Shown: piece after piece, positions 52,173 through 64,000 of the stretch
Numbering within the stretch: position 1 is the stretch's first letter
Layout: each line of letters opens with the position of its first letter
From: Paraspadella gotoi
Taxonomy: Eukaryota; Animalia; Chaetognatha
Length of the DNA: 64,000 nucleotides
Direction of reading: 5' to 3'
NCBI GenBank assembly: GCA_051294375.1
Contig: CM119269.1
Location: forward strand, 6,058,735 to 6,122,734
Notes under the pieces: model-generated
What the model was told of the DNA's origin: nothing
Database searches by the model: none
What the model saw: only the letters and a program-made list of their open reading frames with translations
Made by a program: the position numbers and the translations under genes

Positions 52173-53836
52173 ATGAGATCCGAAGCGAAACGGACGAGCA
52201 GAGAGAATGACCAAAGTCGAGCGGTCAGGGAATAAACCGAGCGGTGGGAGCTGCAGCAGCGGCGGTAGCGGTGGCGGCAGCTGTGGATCGGCGGCGGCTG
52301 TAGCAGCGGCGGCAGCAGCATCGAAAGATCTGAACGCATGTCTCTAATCGATGAGCGACGTGTGCGCGTGAGCGGAAGAGAGGGATGGAGAAGAAGAGAG
52401 AGGGAGGGAGAGAGGAGAGAGAGGGAGGGAGAGAGGAGAGAGAGAAGAGAAAAGTGGAAATAAGATGGAGAAAGGAGGGAAGAAGGAAAGCAGAAGTTGG
52501 GAAAAAGGAAAGAATAGAGAAGAGAAAAGGAAAGAGGGAGGTAGGAGAGCGGAAAAGGAAAAAGGAGCGTTGGAGGAAGAAAAAGAAGAGAAAGAGAAAA
52601 GGAGAGAATAGGGAGGGAGAGAGGAAAAAGATTGAAAAAGATGTGGATGGCCGGATGGTATTAAACTCCCATTGAGATTCCTCTTTCCCTCTTTGTCGTC
52701 GTCTGCTTCATCTTTTGTTTGTTTACCTTTTGTTTACCTTTCGTTTAGTTCACCCTTTCCGCCATTTTTGACGGATTGGAAAAAGGATTAACGCGGATTT
52801 TTCTCTTCATTCTCGATTCTTAATTGTCGCAGCGGAAATTGTAAAAATTTCGCCGAAGGTTTTAATTTATCTCTTTTGAGGCGTCTTTGAGATTAGGTGT
52901 CGCTGATAAGAAAGTTGAAAACCTCAATTCTCATTGAGCACCATGAGCAGCGCTCATGGGTTGTCTTGACGTTTTTGGTTGAAATGTTTGGTTTGTGAAA
53001 ATTATCGCGCGTATTGATAAAACGTCAATGTGTATCTTTCACTTGATGATCAATGGTTGTAACAAGGAAAAATTCCATCGTCAATAAAGATGACAAACAA
53101 GAAAAAAAACAGACGACGACGACGACGACAAATAGTACAACGAATGCGAGAAAAAAAACTTTACGACGACATAAACGACACAAAAACTGGGCGCAATTTG
53201 GCGACGAAAGAAAATTCATTGCTTAAACAAAACAAATAAAAAACAACGAAGCGTAAACATTGGGAATTTTAAAGCATTCTAATATGTGACTTTCTAACAT
53301 TCTAACATGTGACAGCATGAAATAGCCATCTCAAAGTCAGGGGAAAAATAGCTTATTTATTGCATGAATGGATAATTTTTATATGAGTAGTACCAATTTC
53401 GAGGAATTGACTTGAAAAAATGAAAGTGACGATTGAAAAGCAGGAAAAAATAAGATTAGGCGGAACCAAAACAAAAGCGGGAAAACATCTCGAAACAACA
53501 TCTCAAAACAAAACAGAAGTAAAATCGAAAACTAAAAAATTGAACGAGAAAAAAAGTATCTTCGGGTTGAAAAAACGACGACGGAAACGACGACGACGAC
53601 GACGACGAAAACGACAGTGAAAAAGAACGAAGCTGATGGAAAAATGATATAAACGAAAGTCATTGTGACAACTTCAACCGTCGAGTTTATAAAAAAATAC
53701 AATGATAAATATAAAAAGTAAATGAATATTTTTAAAAAAGAAATTCTGTTAGTTCTGCCAACAACGAGGTTTTGATTAAGTTAAGAAAGTCAAGGAAAGA
53801 AGGGAAAGGAAAAGAGGATAAAAAGGGATAAAAGAA

Positions 53837-53904
<68 letters not shown>

Positions 53905-54214
53905 CGGTATTCCTCCCCTCTCCTTTCCTTCATCGCAAAACTCGGTCGCGTCGCGTGCAGTCATTACCATAAAAAACCGCGAATAATTTCCTTTTAGTAT
54001 CCTATTTTTTCTCTTTATTCCTTTCTTTCTTTCTTGTTCTTTTTTCTTTTTTCTCCTATTCCTCTCCCCCAGTTGGAATGTTATTAATGACATAGATTTG
54101 TCGCTCTCTTCAATCAAGGCTTTCCTCTCTCTCTCTCTCTTTCTCTCTCACTCTCTCTCTCTCCTCCTTCCGCTCTTTTCTCTCTCTCCTCTCTCTCTCT
54201 CTCCTCTCTCATCT

Positions 54215-54256
<42 letters not shown>

Positions 54257-54299
54257 CTCTCTTCCCCGAGGTGATGGAAAAGAGTGCGAATTAGACCCT

Positions 54300-55208
54300 T
54301 TCTATAATTCTAATGTAACCAGTGAAGATGAACTATATAAGTATTTTATAACATAAATAATAGTAATGTGAATATGGATTATGTGAATTCCGATTCGAGC
54401 GATTGGCCAACAGTTTTTGACAATATTAAGACTTTTTTACGCAAATAAATAGTTTACTGAGATTAGTGAACTTTTAATTTATTTAATAATTATATATCAT
54501 AAACTAAAAAAGGATACAATTTTACTTTTTGTTGAAAACTTTTTAAAATATTTTAAATTGGATTTCCTTTTTTTTTTAATCCGTAATTCGAATTCCCCCG
54601 ACAAAGTTTTGCGTCTTCCGATAAAACGCAGCTTCGAGTCTTTATGCTTCGGGCGCCATCTTTTTTTTTTGTGGGAGGGGGGCGAGCAGAGGCGGAGGGG
54701 GGTGGGGATTATCCTCTCCTCCATCTTCACATCCGGCGACCTTTTTATTCTTCCTCACTCTTGAGCCTTAATTTTTTTCAAGGGTTGCGTCTTGTTAACT
54801 TTGTTAATTGTTCTTGTTAAATTTTTTTGTAACTTCCCAAGCTTTTTGGCCCAATCATTATATTCCTTTTTGACCTCAATTACTCTCTTTACTATCCTCT
54901 TCCTTTTGACCCCATTCTTCATCGTCTTCCTCACCAACCTGTTACTCACCCGCGGTCACGAACTCCTTTTCTTCATCGATGACGACCTCAAGCCAACTTA
55001 CCTTTCCTCACTTTCCATTCAACCTCATCTTTCCTCTTCATTTTAACCTCAGTCCTTTTAAACTAATTTCATCAAAAACTTTTAGTGGCTGACGAGAGAG
55101 AGGAGGAAAGAAGAGAGAGAGAAAGAAGAAACAAAAGAAAGAAAAAGAAAGAAGAAAGAAGAAGAAAGAAAGAAGAAGAAAGAAAGAAGAAAGAAAGAAA
55201 GAGAGAGA

Positions 55209-55287
<79 letters not shown>

Positions 55288-56020
55288 CTTTTCTTAGCTT
55301 TTGTTTTTTTCTCTTCCTTGTATCACTTTTTCCTTCTTTTCCTTCTATCTATTATTCTATCTATCATCTACATCTATATCAATGCTGACTACTAATCTCC
55401 GATTCTCCAATTGTCTCTATCGCCCTTCCATCTTTTTTCACGATCTTTCTCACGCTTCCATAACCGATCACTTCTCCCTTCTCTCTCGCCACAACTTCTT
55501 TCTTCTCAAACTGTGAAAAATCGATTTCGTAGAAAACGATTCTTCTTTTGGATTTTTGTTTCGTGAAAAAATATTTCGCTTTTCACGCAGAAACAGTTGA
55601 CTCTGTTTCGGTAAATAAAGCAGAAAAAAAGGTTTTTTTTAAAATAAATTATAGGTTTATATTAAAAAGATTCATTGTGAAAAAATTTCCTGGATGGAAA
55701 AGGATGTAGTGAATAAAATGATTAAAAAGAGAATAAGGAAGAAAGAAGCCAAAAAACTTGTGAAGGAAGCGAATTTTTTTGTTCTTTAGTGAAACCTAAC
55801 AATGCAGAGACATCAAACCAAATTCATCTTGTTATTTCTCAACAAAAAAAAAATAGTTACGGAGAAAAATTTTGTCGCAAAAGAGCACAACAATATTTAG
55901 GAAAAGGAAGAGGCCATTTTGAAAAATGGCGACTTCATTTCTGTAAGTGAATAAAGATATATTGAGCGGGAGGAGAAGAGAGAATGTGTAGTGATATGAG
56001 TGATGATGAGTGAGTGAGGT

Positions 56021-56097
<77 letters not shown>

Positions 56098-56317
56098 AGA
56101 AAGAGAGGAGAGACAGAGAGTCGAGGCCGGCGTTTCCTGTTTGTTTTGACGGCGCCAATTATGCAGAAAATGTTTTCGTTATGTCGTCGAGTTTACGCAG
56201 TGAAAGAGATTCGCCATCGAATTTACGTCGTTGTTGTCGTTGTTGTCGTTGTTAACGGTCACAAAACGAAAAGCCCAAAGGAATGTTTAGAAACCATTTG
56301 ATAGAAAACACTTTATC
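54300..56317 (+). repeat. Copy 1 of a ~2 kb direct duplication
   Basis: Starts ttctataattctaatgtaaccagtgaagatg and ends gatagaaaacactttat; near-identical to 60329-62421. Confidence 0.95.
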
Positions 56318-56709
56318 ATAGAGAAAACATCGTCTTTTCCTGTTGGCTCGATTTCGATAATTTGCGTTACCGATCGACGGCTGGAATTACGTCTAGTTTT
56401 ACTAAATAAAATTTTATTAAAATCGGTCCAAGGCGTTCAAAAGTTATGGGCAAAAAAAACGACGAAATAGCGCCTTCCTAGGGAATCAACTTTTCGCCGC
56501 TCAACGAGCGAAAAAAGTGGTTAACATAAGATTTGAACTACCGTAGTACTAATCATTAGTCGAACGAATCGCGGTAAAGCTGAAATCCTTCGTTCCGGAC
56601 CTCATAGAAATAAACGGAAAAATTACGGCAGTGACTACGGAAAGAAACGTTGATATAAGGAAACGAATTTATAAGAGAATGAAGTGTATTATTACTCATA
56701 AAAACTTTA

Positions 56710-57101
56710 ATTAGTTGATTGGATGGACACGGACGTTTCTGCCCCAAACTCGTCTGGCATTGGCGCGCCCAGACTCCTCTGGCCGTAGCCCCCGTTGAGT
56801 CCAGTGGGAACGTTGGAACGCCATATGAATCTGTGAAATGGTAAGAGAACGGACTCACCGGTCACCTCGACATCCTCTTGCAGGGGCGTCACTTGCGTTC
56901 CTACATCAGGCAGCATCCGGGAGCTCAGAGGAAGAGATCTCTCGCGCTAAGTGGCGTCCTTCCACCGACTCTAGCTCGGCGCCATCCGCCACCGCACGCC
57001 TGGATGGCTTGACAAAGGCAACCGGCGCTCGCGAAAGTCCTCAGAGGCGCCTGCTAACTCCAGAAGCCCTTCTGTGGCCAGAAGTACTCTTCCCACCAAA
57101 G
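56710..57101 (-). pseudogene. Candidate two-exon coding fragment with a 28-nt intron; frameshifted, product unknown
   Basis: atattcag acceptor before 57101. Intron gtgagt...atttcacag 56858-56831 joins ...EDVEVT-D-SYGVPTFPLD..., fusing two overlapping ORFs. Further exon-like GC blocks with stops at ~58370-58130 and ~58725-58560. Confidence 0.35.
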
Positions 57102-58952
57102 CTGAATATGAAAAACTTTTTCTGATATCTTTGCATTCTTTTTAATAAATTAATAATGAAATCATTAACACTGGGACATCCAGAGGGATGCGATGACTGG
57201 ATTGCCCCAGAATCCTTAAATAATAATCTAAGAAATTAAATTTGTACAACCAATTTAAAGTTATCTTGCCCGCTTAACCTTTGGACAGCGTTTTGGTGGT
57301 TCTAAGGCCTCCATCACTCTTAGAAGATAATGACATAGCAGGTCGCTGCAAGCTTTCAATCAAAGACTCTTCTCCTGTTCGCTTATTCACTCCCAGAGTA
57401 ACCTGACTTCCCTATCAAAAAAGAAGTGGTATAATGTTCAAAGAATGTTATATTATTGTGCAAACTTGAGACTCGACAATTGAAGGAAAACAATATTAAA
57501 TGGATTAACAAACCAAGGACCGTGGTACTAAAGTTGGTTGCGGTCGTCGAAAGTAAAGTTACCTAAGTGATTTACAAAATGCTTTACAAACGTCACCAAA
57601 AAAAAAAAATTTATTGATGTGATTATAGTAATTATTAATACTTACAATAATCATTTAATTGAAAAAAAATAATAATTAAATTTTGCGATTTAAATAATTT
57701 TATTGAAAAAACTTCATACAATTGCACAATTCCACAAAATTATTTTCAAAATTTTTTCTATTTATATATAAAATTTATTTTCTATATTTAATTATGAACA
57801 ATTTAAATTTGATTTTAAAAAAAATATACAAATTAGAATTTTATCACTTATCTTAATTATTAAAAAATTATTACTCATGAACTAGGGCAATAATAATTTA
57901 AATAAGGTTTCCCAAAGGCCAATATTTTTTTTAAAAAAATTACGCCTATCCCTATATAATTATAATATAAAGTTTGAAAAAATAATGCAGAATATCTTTA
58001 AGCATAATTTAAAGTTAATTAATCATAATTAATAATAAAATAAGATTATATAACCTCAATCCGCAGCATCAAGTCCCGCAAAACTATTTCCGCTAATAAA
58101 GTCGCTATGTAAAAAATATCACTTGCTTACTGTGGCGAATCATAAATTCGCCTCCGTTATATCTTGGTGAAACTTCAGTTCCGTGAGTTCTGGCTGTTCG
58201 ATTCCCTCACGGTCCGCTGGTTAAATGTGTCATGGTGTCGGCATTAAGCGCGCAAAGTTGACTGGGTGTCACTGCACGTCCAAAAGGCCCTGAGCGCCAG
58301 CTGTCGGGAGATGCCTCACATCCGGGCATCACACCATGCTCCCCGTTGCCATGTCACTTTCTTTTTTGTGACCATTAAAATCATAAAGATTAAAAAATTA
58401 AGTTTGATTAACAAACATTTTTTAAATTAACAGTAATAATAAGTTCTTTAAAATAGTTTGATCATGGGACAATATCATAGTAACTAAAAGGGTACTTTCT
58501 CATAAAACATTCGTTTATTATCAGTATAGATAATCACAAGCGACAAATGCTAAATGTTTGAGTCTCTTGCTAATCTTTTGTCGGCTCAGCCAATGAGGTT
58601 GAAACGGAATCTTTTGTCCCGTGTCACTGATCCAAAAATGTCGCCTCGTGTTTGTTGAGACCGTTGGGATTTCAGGATCGTGATAGCGGGCTGGCCTGGC
58701 TTTATCATCGACTGCAAGCTGTGTCCTAAAAGTTGTAGCAAAATATTAAAATCAAGTTGAATCTAAAATTCGAATAAAAAAATTTAAAATATATATATAT
58801 ATGTTACCATAACAAATGTCAAAAATTTTTAAATGTGTTTTCTTGTTTTATGAAAGGCAGATTCTAATTCCTTCACGAAAAATTATTATTTTTTTTTAGA
58901 AATATTTTATTAAGTGTGGTCAAAATCCTAAAAAAACTGTTATACCACGATG

Positions 58953-59111
58953 GTATGGTGGACTAAAATCCACCAACCGTTCCATCAGCGGCTCATTGTG
59001 CCGGAGGCAAGTCATTCGCCTTCCAACCCAAGCTCCGGGTTTTAGCCCGGTGGTTAGAGGGACGGGGCGCTTTAACCCGCCTGTAACATGGTGTTACAGC
59101 CTGATCCGAAA
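58953..59111 (+). mobile_element. tRNA-related SINE-like element, copy 2
   Basis: Shares gtcattcgcct..caaccca, gacggggcgctt and catggtgttacagcctgatcc with copy 1; flanks are unrelated. Confidence 0.65.
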
Positions 59112-60328
59112 GCTCAGGGCACTGCTTATATTGAACGCGTTCTGTTCATTAACACAATAATTAGTAATTTACTGTTCTCTTAATGGAAAATAAATTGACG
59201 GATTACTTTTCTTCTCTTTTTTGGCATTTTAATGTCAGAATCGAAAATTAAAATTTAAATATAAAAACTTTGGCCTTTTGTAATTTCATATAAGCTGTTT
59301 TATATTTACGAACAAAAAAATACAAGAACTCTATTTCATGTGTTCGTTGCCTCTCTCGATTTCTGTTACTTTGTCATTGGCTGACTTTAGTCTTTATCGA
59401 AGTACGTTATGATTTTTGAAAGGGTTGGTAAGTTTATTATCAAAACAACTAAAAATGGCAATGTGAACGGTTAATTTCCGAGATTAAAAGTAAAAACATG
59501 GACTTTAAAATGACTTTTAAAAAGAGATTAAAAACCACCAACGCTATGTTAAAAGCGAATTTTAACGTCCGCAGGTTTTTGAGAGCAACAATTCTCTCTC
59601 TCTGGACGTTTTCATACATTAAATATAATTTGTGAAATAGCTTATTTCCATGCTCGCGATAGTAGCTAGCGTTGAGGCGTTCGTCCGGTCCCTTGCAGTT
59701 TAACGTAGGCTTTTATGAATCTTACTGATATTAAAGAAATTCAATGAATTGTAAACTTGTAAGTGGCGATGAAGGTTGAAACTATTGTATTAACGTCCAA
59801 AAATCCGTAAAACTGTAGTTGAGACGGGCAATGTACGTGGAATTGTTCAAAAAACGAACTGGATAATATCTTTTGTTCGCCAAATCGATAGTAACGACAA
59901 AAGATCGACAAAAGGATCGACAAATAACCAGAAAAGGATTGGGCCAAACCACGGGAGGAACAGTTTATGTTACGCGTTCAAAAAATTTAAGTTTGGTAAG
60001 AGAAGAAAAATTGAAAAATTGGTGGAAGCATAATATTTTAAAATAATCGCGATATCTTCACTTTCGCATCGAATCTTCGCGGGGAACGGGCGAGGCAGAA
60101 CCCAGATATTAACTCGTCGGCGAGTCCCACGGCCACGGCCGTTGTCTGTGTCATGACTGGCGTGTTAACACCAGCCAAAAAAAATTCAGTTGTCCAAAAA
60201 AATATTTCTTTTTTTATTCTTAACGGTTTTTTATTTATACTAATTTCAGTTCTTTTTTATATATTTTTAAAATCCCTTCCTTTTCTCAATCTCTCCTCTT
60301 TNNNNNNNNNNNNNNNNNNNNNNNNNCG

Positions 60329-62421
<2,093 letters not shown>

Positions 62422-63401
62422 ATGGTTGTGTATTTGATTTGTCTCATTTTAATTTTACGTTTTCGTTATTTCGTTATTCGTTTCGTTCCATGTTCCATTA
62501 CAGGTTTATTTTTTTCGATCTTCGTTGCATTTTTCATCTTTGTCTTTATCGTTGTCGTCATCTTCGTCGTCGTCGTCATTTTCGTCATCGTCGTTGTTGT
62601 TGTATTTTTCGTCGTTGTCGTCGTTGTATTTTTTTTTCGTCGTTTTCGTTGTATTTTTCGTCGTCGTCGTCTTTTTCATCTTCGTCGTCGTCGTCATCTT
62701 CGTCGTCGTCGTCGTCGTCGTCGTCCTATCCATCATCCTTTTTTCCTTTCGCGATTGTTTTCCCCATTTTTTCGCCCTTACCTTTCACAGCGTCTCCTCC
62801 CGCTCTCACCTTTTTCCGCATTTTTCGCTTAATGTCTTTTTCGTCGTCTTGTTTTCCCCCATTGCCTTTCGGACGATGTTGTTTGGCGAAAAATCCTTTC
62901 GCGATGTTGGAAAAAAAATGGAGAGAAAAAAGTGACAAAAAAGTCGAGGACCATTTTGGACTTAGACTACAGTATATGCGATGTAAAGAATTGTTTATGT
63001 AATACGTAAGATTCTTTGAAAAATATGAAAGAATTTAAATTACTATCAGAGCTGATTCTACAGATCTCAGTATGTTACACACTTAATTCCGTAGAATCTT
63101 TTAAAACGCTCTCCATTTATATTGTATAATGTATATTGTATCTTACAGAGTCAACAGATTTAAAATTTGATCTAAGAATGTTTGTTTGTATATTTTAAAT
63201 CCGCTTAAGTCTCAAGTCTCCTTCCTCCTTTGCTTCTAGTGATCATTTGTTTTCGACCGTCCGGAGTCGCGATGTTATCTTTAGCGGAAAATCGCGCCTC
63301 CTGCCGGACTAATTCAAAGTAAACAAATGACGTCCGCGTCTCGGGGACCTGAAGTGGCGCCGACCGGAAACGCGTTCGGCGCCGGACGAGGATCATAACA
63401 A

Positions 63402-63670
63402 ATGCGACGTCGGAGAAGGAGAATAGGGCGGCGTAGGCGGCGGCGGGCAGCGGTGACTACGGGGGCAGCGGCGGCTGCGGCAGCAGTGGCGCAGGAGACT
63501 ATGGGGCAGCTGAGGCTGCAGCGGAGGAGACTAAGACGTGATTGTGATAAGAAGTGGGTGGCTTCGGACGGATTCATGGATAATTATTATAAGCCGGAAG
63601 GATGGAGTTTGCGGGCCCGAGTAAGGGTTTTCTCCTTCTGGCCGTTTCAGGACGAATGGCCTTATCTGCG
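63402..63670 (+). CDS. Candidate 5' end of an unknown gene with a 30-nt intron
   Basis: GC-rich promoter-like region 63290-63400, Arg/Ala-rich ORF, gtaagg...tttcag intron at 63621-63650, weak gttaag donor at 63671. Confidence 0.35.
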
Positions 63671-64000
63671 GTTAAGTTCGAAACTGTTGCAGCTGAAGTA
63701 ATTCATACTTTATCGACTAACTTAATTAATTTAAAGAATGAAACACTATTTCATTGAAAGGCAGCAAATTTATAAACGTAAAGCGATTTGTATTTCACAA
63801 TCCAAGGTTTTCCTCAACTCGTGAAATCTTTCACGCTCATTCTTTTCACCAGAAAAAAAAATCCGATGAGTAACGAGGTGAGGATTTGGTGAAACGAGTA
63901 AGTGAAGGTGTGACAGTGCCGTGATGGAAGAGAATTTTGTTGGCTGATGACGTGCGAATTTGCGTGCGGCTTTGCGTGTGAATTTGCGTTAAAGTTTGAG

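Noticed and set aside
54497-54990. Lys-rich minus-strand ORFs
   Set aside because: Low-complexity composition, an internal stop, no recognisable domain, and the second copy differs by frameshifting indels.
58180-58215. tRNA gene (gttcgattccc T-loop-like sequence)
   Set aside because: No D arm, anticodon arm or acceptor stem can be built.

Overview
This window is AT-rich, microsatellite-dense eukaryotic genomic DNA (probably an invertebrate animal) from a gap-filled draft assembly, and several stretches are noisy and indel-rich like raw long reads. No named protein-coding gene, rRNA, intact tRNA or CRISPR array can be supported, and most listed ORFs are translations of AG/CT/GAC microsatellites or N runs. 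Three multi-kb duplications (forward-reverse-forward at 3.2-18.1 kb, inverted at 25.3-31.0 kb, direct at 54.3-62.4 kb) each abut an exactly 25-N gap and are most likely assembly or chimeric-read artefacts. Features that look real are a divergent pair of Penelope-type minimal hammerhead ribozyme motifs (34.24-34.97 kb) with a tRNA-related SINE-like element between them, two decayed LINE ORF2 relics, a dispersed MITE-like family and several minisatellites. Also present are a hairpin-dense ~290-nt GC-rich element (1.45-1.74 kb), an RFX X-box about 100 bp upstream of a candidate first exon with a nearby cluster of X-box-like motifs, and unrecognised spliced gene candidates, two with 28-30 nt introns. 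I cannot demonstrate a new biological system; the best leads are ranked in findings. Boundaries in noisy regions are approximate.
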